This document shows positions 1-13,498 of a DNA stretch of 64,000 nucleotides, piece by piece. A program made the translations under genes and the position numbers. Below the pieces are notes generated by a model. That model ran no database searches, had not been told where the DNA came from, and worked only from the letters and a program-made list of their open reading frames with translations. Each line of letters starts with the position of its first letter. Positions within the stretch are counted from its first letter, which is position 1. The stretch covers positions 1,240,001-1,304,000 of the forward strand of contig MCFH01000002.1 of NCBI GenBank assembly GCA_002104945.1, given 5' to 3'. The stretch is from Piromyces finnis finn. Its lineage: Eukaryota; Fungi; Neocallimastigomycota.

Positions 1-2242
1 GTAAATGTTGTTGAAGATAAGATTTCTCATTTAACATGGGCGTGTAAAGTAGTTAATAAAACAAAGGGTTCTGTATCAACTTTTGAACAGTTACAACAGG
101 AAATTAATATTATGAAACAGTTGAACCACCCATATATTGTTAAATTACATGAAGTATATGAAACACCAAAAAAAATTTATATAATAATGGATAAGTAAAT
201 ATTAATAAACTGTTAATAGTATAAATGGACTGTAAATTTAATTTAAAAATGTATATATTTTTTTATCATATAAAAGTTATGATGGAGGAGAATTAGTATC
301 AAAGGTTAGAGAAAAAAGTTTTTGTTCCGAAGAGGATGTTAGAATTATAATATCAAGACTAGCAGATGCTGTTGGTATGCTATTATAAAAATATATTATT
401 AAAATAATGAATAAATATTTTTATGGTAATGGATAATAATATATATCAATTATTATTGCAGCGTATCTTCATGAATCAGGTATTGTTCACAGGGATTTAA
501 AGGTATATATAATAAAAACATTAATGATATTAGAATTTATTAGCAGAATAATAAATAGTAATATCAAATGTTTGAATTAATAAAATATAGCCAGAAAATA
601 TTTTATTATCTACTGAAGATCCTGAGGACATATACAATATTAAAGTTATGGATTTCGGATTAGCAACATGTAAAGATTCAAGCACAATGATTGAAAATAT
701 ATGTGGAACGCCATTTTATATGGGTATATATATAATAAACGATAAATTTATTTTTTATCATTAAATTTAAAGAATTATCTTTTTTTATTATTATTATTAA
801 TTATATAATTTATATATAAAATTTTATAGCACCAGAAGTAGTTGATAATTTAGGTTATAGTCAACAATGTGATATATGGAGTATTGGTATTATGATGTAT
901 TTACTGTAAGTTAGCATAAATAATATAAATATTAATCGATTAAAATATTTCTAATTTTATACTAATATAAAATATATTAATTACAAAATATAGACTCGTT
1001 GGTTATAAGAAGGAATGTGAAATTTTATTACATCAAATGATAACCAACAGAAAAATAGAATTTCCAGATGACTATTGGAAAAATATATCTGTTGGAGGTT
1101 AATAATGGTTTATCCAATATTTTGAAAGTTATAGTATTTATTAAAAGTATACTAATAATATAAACCCTATTTGGTATATTTGATTTTATATGTACGTAAT
1201 TTTAGCCAGAAATCTTGTAGAAAATTTATTAAAATTTGATCCAGCTCAAAGAATAACAGCAAAAGAAATTTTGCAACATCCATGGATAAATGTAAATTAT
1301 TTATTCTTTTTTTATTAATATTTAATTTAAGTAATTAATTATAAAATAAAAAAATAAAATATAGGGTGAAAATGGTGTAAGTACAAATACAACTGTTTTT
1401 GACTTAATGAAATCGTATAAAGCTGAAAAAAGATTAAAAGTAATAAGATAATATAATGAAATAACGATTTAGTAGAGTTAAAATAACCTTTTTTTTGTTA
1501 ACTCTTTTTATTTTTTGTATAATTAATATTATATAGAAAATAATCAATGTAGTATTAGCAGCAATTTATTTATGTAATGGAACATTTGAAGTTAATAATG
1601 ATCCAAAGGCAGATTCGAAAATAAGTCTACAAGAAAAAAGGTCAGATGAATCAACACAGTCTCAAGAAAAAAAAATAATAAAACAAAAAACAAATATAAC
1701 TAAATCGAAGATTAATGGTTCAGGTAATTCAACAAATTATTATATAATGTAACTAAATAGCATTAGTAGTTACAATAATAGTAACATAGAAATAAATATA
1801 TTACCATTTTTATACTCAAATATATTATTTATTAATTTTTTTATTTTTAAATTTTTTTTTTGATATATCTTTTTTTTATTTCAATATAGATAAAAATGGT
1901 ATAAGAAGACCCAGTGTAAATGCAAAATCAAAAGTAGCAAATGATTCAGATTTATTACATAGTCCACCTAATAGTCATAAAGGTTCTACTAAACAATTAA
2001 ATGTTACAAAATCATCAGTTAAAAAAAGCACTTTATCACCTGATTTAGCAAATAAAAATTCGATAACTAAAACATCAAATAAGAAGCTATCTCTTTCAGG
2101 AACAACAAATACTCCAACATCAATACCTAATCGTACTGGTAATAATCCAGTAAGTCCATCTCTTATGAAAATAAAAAAAATAATTAAAACCGATACAAAT
2201 GTTAAAACGACAAAAACAACGAAGAAGGTTATTAAGACCTAA
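1..2242 (+). CDS. STK33: Ser/Thr protein kinase, CAMK group, STK33-like; 5'-truncated by window, about 10 exons
   Basis: Spliced translation gives WACKVVNK, HEVYETPKKIY, HRDLKPEN, DFG, CGTPFYMAPE, YSQQCDIWSIG, DPAQRITAKE; YETPKK, YSQQCDIWSIG and RITAKE match my recollection of STK33. Basic Ser/Lys-rich tail ends at TAA 2240-2242. All introns GT-AG. Confidence 0.8.
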
Positions 2243-3441
2243 ATGTATTTTTTAACTTTTTATTTTAAAAATGTAATAAATCAGTATTTGAAATTTGCCT
2301 TTTTTTTTTAAAGTAAATGTGATTTTATATATTTTATTATAATGTATAACTCATGAAGTTAATATTATATTTTTATTTTGATATTCAATAATAATTTAAA
2401 CTTTGTAATGTTATGAAGTCACATGCTTTCACGCTTTTAATAGTGGAATATATATTTAATGTAAATTTATTATAAATAAAACCAATCATCTATTTAAAAT
2501 TTTTTAAAATAATATTTTTTTAAATTTATTTAATTTTATTTTTGATTATAATTATAAAATATTGGTGTTGTTGTGTATGATTTAATTTTATATTTGTTTG
2601 ATTGAATTAACGATAAAATTAAATTGGAGTTCATAGCAATATAATAATAACTTTCTAATAAATAATAAAAATTTGAGAAGTTGTTAAAATTTAAATAAAT
2701 TTTAACAATATAAATATCTATTAATTTCTTGCTTAATATGTGTAAGTAATTATATATGTATTCTTAGTATAGTGGATTAATCATTTAAATCATTGGTTTA
2801 ATTGAAATATCTTAAATTTTAGCAGCTATTATCACATTTTAAAAATAAATTTAAAAAAAAAAAAAAAAGAAAAGATTATTAAACAATTTTATTATTAATA
2901 TTTTTTTATTTAATATAAAAATATTATATATTCTTTATAATTTAAAAAAATAAAAATTCAATATTGATCTTCGATATATGATAAATTCTTATTTTCCAAA
3001 TAAAATAATCTACAATAATTTAGTTAATACAAATAAAAGACAACTAACAGGTATAAATAAGAAATGACATGTTTTTAAATATAACTATTATTCTTTTTAT
3101 AATTATAAAAATATAAAAATATTTGAAAAAATTATAAGAATATGATATATATATTTATTTTTAACATCAAATATAAAATTAATAATATATATATTATTAA
3201 ATGTTATATTAATTATTCTTATTATTTAATAAGTATCATCAAAGTAATATTTATATATCATATGATTATAATAAAGAATATCAGTGGAATTTCTTAGTTA
3301 CTTAAATTATGAAATAACAAATTAATGATATTTATTTTATATTCATTTTTAACTTCATCAATTTTTATGTTCTTCATTATAGATTTTTAATTCACCAATA
3401 AAAAAATAATAATTATAATAAAAAAGATATAAATTTTCATA

Positions 3442-4773
3442 ATGAACAAAGGATTCGGATCTACAACTACTGGATTTAGTTTTGGCCAACAAAATAACCA
3501 AACTAATCAACAAAGTACTGGATTTAATTTTGGACAAAATAACACAACTGCAGCAGGTACTTCAACTGGATTTGGTTTTGGCCAAAATAATCAAAATACC
3601 AATTCTGGATTTAATTTTGGTAATAAGTCAACAACAACAGGAACAAATATGTTTGGTTCCAATAATACTTCAAATACTACAGGTACTGGTTTATTCGGTT
3701 CCAATAATACTTCAAATACTACAGGTACTGGTTTATTCGGTTCCAATAATACTTCAAATACCACAGGTACTGGTTTATTCGGTTCCAATAATACTTCAAA
3801 TACCACAGGTACTGGTTTATTCGGTTCCAACAATACTTCAAATACCACAGGTACTGGTTTATTCGGTTCTAACAATACTACAGGTACTGGTTTATTTGGC
3901 TCTAACAACAATACTGCAAGTACTGGTTTATTTGGCTCTAACAACAATGCTGCCAATACCGGTAATAGTATATTTGGAAATAGAAGTGGTGGAATTTATG
4001 GTTCAAATTCCTTATCTACTGTACAACCACAACAATTTATGGGTAAGTAAATTTTTAAAAAGATAAATTTTTATATATAATCATTTTAAAGTGTAATAAT
4101 GAAAAAACATAATTAACCTTTTTTAAAATAACATAACATTTTCATATTTTGTTTTATTTTATACAATAATCAATGATAAATATAAAATAATCATCATATA
4201 TTCAATTTAAAAAACTTGTACCGATATATTATTAAGGTATTCAACAAGCCCAACAACATACTTCAACTGTTGCAGATGAATTAAGAAAGATTCAAGAATA
4301 CTGGAATCCACAAAGTCCAAATTGTCAATTTAAAGTATGATTTTAATATATTTACTTTATATACGATTGAAGAGTATTTTGAAATTATAAATATTAATTA
4401 TATAATAATATAATATTATAATTTTAAGCACTATTTTTATAATATGGTTCATCCAAGTGAAGTGAATAGATATGTAAAACCACCAAATGATGATGAAGGA
4501 TTATGGAGACAAGCTCAAAAAAATAATCCAGATTCTTCATGGTAATTATATAATAAATTTAATATATATATATATTAATAATAAGTAAAATAATAATTTA
4601 TTTTTTTTATTTTAAAATTTTATAGTATGGTTCCAGCTATTGCTATAGGTTTTGATGGAATTAAAAAACGTATGGCTGAACAAAGTAAGCAAACCTATGC
4701 ACACGAAGTTAAATTAAAAGTAAGTAAATATAATTTAATAAGATTTATTATCAAATAAATATTAATATGTAAT

Positions 4774-4832
<59 letters not shown>

Positions 4833-5558
4833 GAATTAGCTGATAAGGTTGAAAAGTTAAGACAAAAACATTTATTAGAAACTACAGGAAAATTAGAAGA
4901 ATATAGAAGAAGACATTTAAGTTTAGCTCATCGTACCTTAAAAATAATGAAGCAAGTTTACATATTAAGAAACAGAGGATATTCAATAAGACCAGAAGAA
5001 GAAACCTTAAAGGTTCGTTTAGAAAATTTAGCTACCAGTTTAAGAAAATCATCTCAATTTAGAGGCCGTGTTGAAGAGTTATGGGCTCATTTACAAATGA
5101 TTAGAGATCATCCAGGAGCATCATGGTATAATTTAGCTAGTTCAACTACAACAAATATTAATAATAGCAATAGTAATGCCTTAAACAGCAACATCAATAA
5201 TAATCATAATAAATTATCATCATCTAGTAAGGGCAATGGTAATTTGACTCCAGCTAACAATAACAGTAATTTAGGTAGTAACGGAAATAATATAAAGAAT
5301 GGTGAAATGAATTCACAACCTGGTAGATATGTTGTTGATGAAGAAGGTTTACAAACCATTCATAAGATTTTAACTGAACACCAACATGGATTATCAATAC
5401 TTACTGATTATGTTAAAAAGAATTCAAAGGAAATTGAAGACATGTATCGTGGTTATCATGAACCAGGTCCACATTATCTTAATATTCAACAAAATCGTTT
5501 AGATCAACACTATCCTAATTCATTAGCAAGCACTTCTACTTTAACTCCATTAAAGTAA
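3442..5558 (+). CDS. NUP54: FG/GLFG nucleoporin Nup54/Nup57 family, about 5 exons
   Basis: N-terminal FG and GLFG repeats; spliced core ELRKIQEYWNPQSPNCQFKHYFYN...LWRQAQKNNPDSSCMVPAIAIGFDGIKKR...RNRGYSIRPEEETLKVRLE is typical of the Nup54/57 alpha-beta and coiled-coil regions. Confidence 0.9.
3655..3960 (+). repeat. 42-bp coding tandem repeat (GSNNTSNTTGTGLF), 5 near-identical copies plus degenerate copies
   Basis: ggttcc recurs at 3655, 3697, 3739, 3781 and 3823. Confidence 0.95.
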
Positions 5559-5789
5559 TTTCATAAACAACTTAGAAATGATAAAACAAATATATATAAA
5601 TAAAGTTTATTTTTTTATTAGTTGAAAATTTATAATTTTTTAATAATTTCATATTTATAGTTTTATTTATTCATTTTATCTTAAATTATATTAGTATAAA
5701 GTGTAACTTTTTTTATTTAATTTATTAATAAATAAAAGAAATATTTATAACAGTTTTTAAATAAAAATAATGTATAAAACAAAATACAC

Positions 5790-5799
5790 ATCACGTGAT
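5790..5799. promoter_or_regulatory. Palindromic E-box ATCACGTGAT (bHLH site of Cbf1/SREBP type) about 135 bp upstream of the metaxin ATG
   Basis: Perfect 10-bp palindrome containing four G/C bases in very AT-rich intergenic DNA; function not demonstrated. Confidence 0.45.
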
Positions 5800-5934
5800 A
5801 AATTTAAATTTAAATGCGTATCACAAGTATTACAAAGAAAGTTATGATTATATTTAATATTTATTTGCGTTGTGTAATTTTATTTTATTTTTTTTTTTTT
5901 TTTTATTAATAATTCATAGTCTAAAATAATTAAA

Positions 5935-7131
5935 ATGTTTGAATTGTACTCTTGGGGTTCAGCTTATGATTTGCTTTCATTTGATCCAGCTTGTCTTGCA
6001 GCACAAGTAATCATTAATTATTTTATATAATTATATAAATATAACACTTTATTATAATTAATATAAGTAGAACATTATATATAATTCATTGTATTTAATA
6101 TGAAATTAAACATTATAAGGCTTACTTAATATTTTCAAAAGCTGAATGGGAATTACATGAATCTCAATCAACAAAATCTCTTGGTATTCTATTTTTATTA
6201 TTATTTTTTTTTCTTACTTAATAAAACAGTTAAACCAATAATACTTTATATTAAAATAATTTTTATTTTTAAATTTATTATTGGTTGAATAATTAATATT
6301 TCAGGATTACCCATTTTAAAAGATGGAATGACTGAAGTTCAAGAATTATTTAAGATTATTAACTATTTAAAAAAAAGGGGATATAATATTGATGAAAAAG
6401 CAGGTCTTTCAAAAAGCGAATTAGCTGAATCATTAGCGTAATTATACCTTTCCGTTTACTTGTATATTTTATTTTGTACTATAATTTAATTAATAACAAT
6501 GACCTATATATATATATGATGTTAATAATAGTTTTACAGCTTTAATTGAAAATAATCTTTATGATGCATTGGTAAAAAAAAAAAAATAAAACAAAACAAT
6601 ATACCTACCAGATATTTATGTTTTTTTTTAAATAAAATATTTATTTATTCGTTTATATAATATATAATAATATAAATATTAAATTCAATAGTTATATATA
6701 ATGTGGTTGGATAATGAAAATAATACAAAGAAAGCACAACAACAAACCTATAATAAATCTTTATCATTTATCGAGCGTTACTTCTTACAGGGGAAAATTC
6801 AAGAAACTGCTAAGGAACGTCTCAAGGATATGGAACTTGTAAAAGTTAATGATGAATTAGTTCCAGAGGTATTTTTATTCCTTCTTTTTTTTTTTTTTTT
6901 TCAAAATTAAAAGTTGTTTTACAATTATGGAAAAACTAATGTATTTTTCTTTCAAATTTCAATATAAGGTTTATTTAAATGCTCATGATGCTTATGCTTC
7001 ATTATCTACAAAACTTGGAAATAAATCATACTTTTTCGGTGATAAACCTTCAACTTTAGATGCTATTGCTTATGGTCATTTAGCTATACATTGTTATCCA
7101 AATCTTCAAAATCCAAAGCTTTTTAGTAAGT

Positions 7132-7195
<64 letters not shown>

Positions 7196-7858
7196 TTTTC
7201 TTAATAAATATCATTTATTTTCATTTATATTCAAAACTTACTTTCATTTTGTTATTATTTAATTAAAGCAATGATATCTTTTGAATTTCCAAATCTTATT
7301 CAATATTGTCAAAGAATTACTACTCTTTTCAAAGAACAGAAAATAAATATAATACCATTACCAAAACCAATATATAATCAAATTACTGATAAATCCAAAG
7401 AATATATTAAATGTGCTTGTAATACTATTACATCATACGATTACAAAGAGGGAATAAGTCAATGTAAAGAAAATATTATCAATTATAAAGATAATATCAT
7501 GAATTATAATTACAAAGAAAGCTTTGTAAACTGTAAGGATAATATTATGAATTATAATTATAAAGACAGTATAAATCAGAACATTAACCAATGTAAAGAA
7601 TATATATTCAATCATAAAATATCCTTTTCTGATATAAAAGAGAGTTTTAAAAATTTAAAATTTAAGGATATTTCAGACTATTTTAAAAAAGAAGCATCCA
7701 GTATGAATTATTATGAAAGAAATGAACAAAATAAAAAACAAATAATGAATTCCAGAGTACTTAGTGTTGTTGGAGCTCTCTCTTTCTTTACATTTTATAT
7801 TGTTCACAACAAAATAATAAGAGTAGAAGTAAGACCAGAGCCACCAATTAAACAATAA
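5935..7858 (+). CDS. Metaxin (Sam37/metaxin-1-like) organellar outer-membrane SAM complex subunit with C-terminal TM anchor, about 7 exons
   Basis: Spliced MFELYSWGSAYDLLSFDPACLAAQAYL...GLPILKDG...YFFGDKPSTLDAIAYGHLA...FPNLIQYCQRI (GST-like metaxin fold), then hydrophobic VLSVVGALSFFTFYIV near the C-terminus. Confidence 0.85.
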
Positions 7859-8539
7859 TTTAATTATATATAAAAAAACAAATTTTATCAATTAAAGTAT
7901 AATACAAATTATAAAATAAAAAAGATAATCATAATATTAGTATTAATAATATTAATGATAAAAAATATATTGATAATAATAAATTGCATGACTATATAGA
8001 TTCAATTCCCAAAGTTGTACTAAAATAAAATGATTATAATTATAGTGAAAATTAAAACATTAATTATATATCATTAAAGAATAGAAACTTTGTTTCAACA
8101 CATTTTAATAATTTATTTTTGACATTGTAAAAATTGTAAAAATTAAAAAGGTAGTTTTAATAATACTAATAATTACAAAATAATAATAGAAGATAATCTA
8201 TAAACAATTAAATAAATAATGAAAAAACAAAATAACTACTATCAATTAAACTTTAAAGGTTGTGCTTTTAATGATTTAAATAATAAAATGATGTGTTTTA
8301 TACAATTATTTAGGATATAAAATTTACTCTTATACATGATGTGTAATTAGTAAATTTTATTATAATATTAATTATTTCTACAATATAAAAGAATGTAATG
8401 TAAATATATGATAAATGTAAGAACCTGTAAAAGAATAATGCAGATGTATAGTCCATATAGTTTCAGCATTGTAATAAAATATATATTATTTCAAGTTAAA
8501 TTATTTCTACATAAAAATAAATTATATCATACATTTATA

Positions 8540-8546
8540 CACGTGA
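8540..8546. promoter_or_regulatory. E-box CACGTGA upstream of the PIG-L gene
   Basis: Second CACGTG in the window, about 310-340 bp upstream of the start codon. Confidence 0.3.
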
Positions 8547-8850
8547 TCTTATCATAGAACTAGTTAGAATTTCGTTTTATAGATATGGTTATAAAATATT
8601 TGCCAATTTTTCCTTTTATTAATTTAATTTTTATAAATAATTTATTATTTTAAAAATAATTTTGAAATAAAACGATATATATATATATTTTTTTTTTGTA
8701 AAAAAAATAGTATTAATATTATAGAATAAAATAAAAAAAAAAAAAAACGAAAAATAAAAGAAAAAGATAAATTAAAATTATATAAATAATCAAATAAACA
8801 AAAACTTAATAAAGAATAATTAATTAAATAAAGCATAAAATAAAAAAAAA

Positions 8851-10095
8851 ATGTTCATATCTGTAAATATTTTATACCATATGGCTATGGTATCAGCCTT
8901 GATTTACTTTATTATTATTATTTTTAAATTTAAAACTAGACTTATACCACCACCATTACGTCTTAAAACAGAAAAAGAATATAAACAAGACTTAGAAATT
9001 GTTAAGGAACATTTAGGCGAAGAAGCATTCAAGAATCTTGAAAGTGTTAAAGAAAGCACAAATAAGCAATATTTAATCATTACTGCTCACCCAGACGATG
9101 AAATTATGTTTTTTGCACCAACCATTATTGGTTTAAGAAAGCAAGGTTTTAAGGTTAAGATTTTATGTTTATCTACTGGTAATTATGATAAAAAGGGTGA
9201 AATTCGTGAAGTTGAAATTAAAAATTGTGTAAAGTTATTAGGTGTCACAGAAGATAATGTTACTGTTCTCGATCATCCGTAAGACCTTTTTTTTCTTATA
9301 TTTATATTTTTGTAACACTTTTAATATTTTTAAATACATATTGTTTTATTTTATTTTGCTTTTTTTATTATTTGAATAATTATAAAAATCTTATTTTAAT
9401 TCGAAATTTCATTTTCTATGGTATATACATTAATATACAAAAAACACTTTTACAATTAAAAAATAAATAAGAGGCCTTCAAGATAATCCAAATCAATTAT
9501 GGTATCCAACAGCTGTTTGTAAGGTTATTTCAGAATATATCACTCCAGAAATCAGTGCTGTAAGTATTTGATTCGACAATTTTATTTTAAAAAATGATTT
9601 CAAAATTAAAATAAAATTTTTTTCTATATATAAAATAGATTATAACTTTTGATAGAATGGGAATTTCAGGTCACGTTAATCATCGTTCAGTTTATGAAGG
9701 TGTTAAGTAAGTATATAAAAAATAAAGAAAATAATATTTTTACTTTCAATCATGTATAAATTATGTCTTACTAATAAGAAATTATTTTTTTTATAAGATA
9801 TATGATTAATAAAAATGGCAATAAAGCAATGCCAGCAGTTTTCACTTTACAAACTGTTTCTATTATTAGAAAATATAGTTCTTTCTTTGATACCATATTT
9901 TCTTTAAACGCCTTCCTTCTCCCTCATTCATATTCTATTGGTGATAAGGCATTATTTATTTCAGGTTTAGATGAAATTTATTTAGCCCAAAAAGCCATGA
10001 GACAACACAAAAGTCAAATGGTTTGGTTCCGTTGGTTATATATTTTATTCTCAAGATATATGGCTATTAACGAATTAAACCGTATTAACAATTAA
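8851..10095 (+). CDS. GPI12: N-acetylglucosaminyl-phosphatidylinositol de-N-acetylase (PIG-L/Gpi12), 4 exons; start could be ATG 8881
   Basis: N-terminal TM, ITAHPDDEIMFFAPTI, LCLSTGNYD, LQDNPNQLW, ITFDRMGISGHVNH motifs. Confidence 0.93.
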
Positions 10096-10899
10096 AATAA
10101 ATTACAAAAGATAATAAGATAAAAAAAAATAAAAATAAAATAAAGCAATTAAACAAATAAAATTATAGAAATTTAATTATTAAATAATTTAAATACAATT
10201 TATTATATAAGCACAAGTTTCCCATTAATATATAATGAATATTTAAAAGAATGTTAAAAAATTCTAATGGATATATATTTTAATTTCTGATATTATAATA
10301 GAATCATTTTCTGTTAATAATGAAAAAAAAAAATAAATAAACAAGATTATAAAATAAAGAAAATAGAGAAACAAAAATTATAAGTTCTATTAATAAATTT
10401 CTATAAAATATAGTTGTGATAAAAGGTGTTTTTTTTTATAATTTTTCTTATTAAAATAATATATTTTATTAATATTAAATATTAAATATTAAATATTAAA
10501 TATTATATATTATATATTATATATTATTGTTGTTGTTGTTGTTGTTGTTGTTAGGCATCTTTTTTATAACATATTTATTTTAGCAATATATATCAACTGT
10601 AACAGTTGAAGGCAATATATTTTAAAAATTTAATAAAAACAGTTTTAAAAAACTAATTAAAAATTAAAAATTTTTAATTTATCTCTTGCACATAATTTAA
10701 TTTAATTTTTCTGTATTACAAAAAAAGTTTAATTTTCTCAAATAACATTTTAAAGAAAAAAATTATTTTATTAACATAATTTTTAACAAAAAAAAAAAAA
10801 AAAAAAAAAATAAATTATTTTCAAAAATATAGGATTTACTAGTTAAAATAAATTATACCACATAAGATATACCTTTTTTTATTATAAATAAATGTCAAT

Positions 10900-13451
10900 A
10901 TGAATAGTAGATTAAACAAAAATAAATATAAAATAAATTATAATACTAATGACAGATTTAACATGTATTTATTGTTATTAAACTCTATTATGAATAAATA
11001 ATTATAAATTTTCTATGTTATATTATGATATAATTTTAAACCATAGTTTCCTAATTATATTATTCTTTATTACTTTATGTATATAATAGAAGACAAGAAA
11101 AATTTAGTAATAATTTGTATGATATTGATGATGAGTGCTCAAACGAAGGTATATATACCTATATTTCTTTTATAAACGTATTAAATAATAAATATTATTA
11201 TTGTTATAAATAATGGGATATATATATATTAACTATAATGTAAAATACTTTTTTTAAAATTTTTGAAGATGACTCTTACTATAATTTTGAAGTATTAAAA
11301 CAGTTAAATAGAGATTTTTTATATAATGATACAAATATATCAAATCCTTCATATTCGAAGAAAAGTACTGTTAATGATATTTCTTCCACTACAAAAAAAC
11401 AAAATTTACCTAATATGAATAATAAAGTAAAATAATTATATATTATAATATATAATATTTATAATTTAAAATAGTGTTATAAGAAGGGGTGTGTTATTAA
11501 AAATACCTTGTTTTTTTTTGTATAAATACCTTTTTAACAATTATTAGATTTTTTATAATAATTATGAAGAAAAAAGAGCAAAAGAATTAAAGCAATTAAT
11601 ATCAAAAATGAATAATATTATTAATGAAGAATATTCTTACAATAAAATATTAGATGAAGAGGAAGAAATTGAAGAAGAAGAAGAAGAGGAGGAGGAGGAG
11701 GATTATGATGTATATATAAATATAGATTTTTAATAGATATTAAAATTAATAGAATATTGTAAATAATTCATCATGATATAATTACATTATATAATAATTG
11801 TGAAATAAAAGTCTAAATATTACAATGAAAATATTATTAATTATAGAGGAATGGTAATATATTAGAATTTTACACCATTTATTATTAAATTAAGTGTAAA
11901 TAATACATTATTTGCTAACATTATAATTATTTAATATACTTATTTTTTTAAAATTAATATTTATTTAAAGAAAAATATAGATAATATGTAAAATAAAAGT
12001 TATTTCTTATTATTTTTCCAAATATAAAAGTTTAAATTATTTCAAATTTTATGCATATTAATTGATATTACCATGATCATTCCTATTATTTTTTTTTTAT
12101 TAGAAATAAAAATCGCTTAATGGAAAAAGAAAAAATATTAAAACAATTTAATAAAGATTTATTAAATTTATCATCAATGTTAGAGGTAACAACTTTTAGT
12201 TAATTATACATACTTCTTAAAGGTAAAAGCATAATATTAATGATGTAAATTTATATATATATTTATATTATATTGAATATACATCTATATAAAAATAATT
12301 ATTTCATTTAATAGAAGAAAAAAAAACAATTAAATAATAAGGAGAAAATAATAAAACAAAGGGAATCCAAAATAAAAGCTGTATTAACAGAGTTTAATAG
12401 AATGATTAAAGAAGACAAAGAGTGGAAAAAAGTAAATAAAAATAAATGTTAACATGAACTATAGAAATATTGAAAATATGAATAAATATATAACAAATCT
12501 TTTTATAAATAAAATAATAAAAGGATATTGAAAATTTAAGAAGAGACTATCAAACATCCATAAATATATTAAGTAAAGAAAATAAACAATTAATAGAATC
12601 ATTACAAGAATCTTCTAGTATTGAAGAAGAACTAAAATTAGAAGTAATCATCAAATTACGATTTTAATTAATCTTTATTATTATTGATAGTATTGATTTA
12701 ATATTTATAACATTCTTTTTTTTTTTTTTTTTTTTTAAAAAAAATTACTATTATTCATACTTTAAAAGTTAAAAGAAAAAGAAAAGGAAATAAAAGAGCT
12801 TAAAATGAAAAATGAAATTATTTTAGAAGAAAAAAATAAAGTAAAATTGAAATAATAAATGATAATGAAATTTTTCTATAAAAAGTCATTCAATACAATA
12901 TAATAACTATTAATAATTATTGGTTTTTTTTTTCCAATTATTATTTTTTTTAATAATATTATGAATATCAAATTAAAACATTTAGATTCAAAATGTAACG
13001 TCTGAACTAAAAATAGAAATTACACAATTAAAAGAAAAGATAAAAGATATGCAAGATTCTAATACTATTTTACACCAAAATTTTGAAAAGTTATCAAAAA
13101 AAGAAAAAGAAAAAAAAAATAATAAAAATGGTATATATTTTATAAAAAATATATTTTTAAATTTTTAAAAATTGTATTAAGAATACATTATTCATATATA
13201 TATATATATCCAATTGAAAAAAATATTAATAAAGTGGAGATCACAGTTAAACCAGAAACAAATTCCATTGAAGTTCAAACAGAAAATTCAAATTTATTAG
13301 AAAAAATAATTAATCAACAATATATGGTATAAAATAATGAAAATGATATATATATAAATATAAAAAACTTCCAATTCTAATATAATATTTTTTATTTAAT
13401 TTTATGACAATATATTATATTCAAAATATCGATTTCGTACAATTATATTGC

Positions 13452-13498
<47 letters not shown>

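Noticed and set aside
3482-4066. Alternative-frame and antisense ORFs over the Nup54 repeats (3482-4066 +, 3591-3956 -)
   Set aside because: Shadows of the 42-bp repeat, which lacks stops in several frames; the FG frame is the recognisable protein.
10527-10560. Possible RFX X-box (gttgttaggcatc) upstream of the CCDC138-like gene
   Set aside because: Half of it is the end of a (GTT)n microsatellite and it mismatches the consensus.
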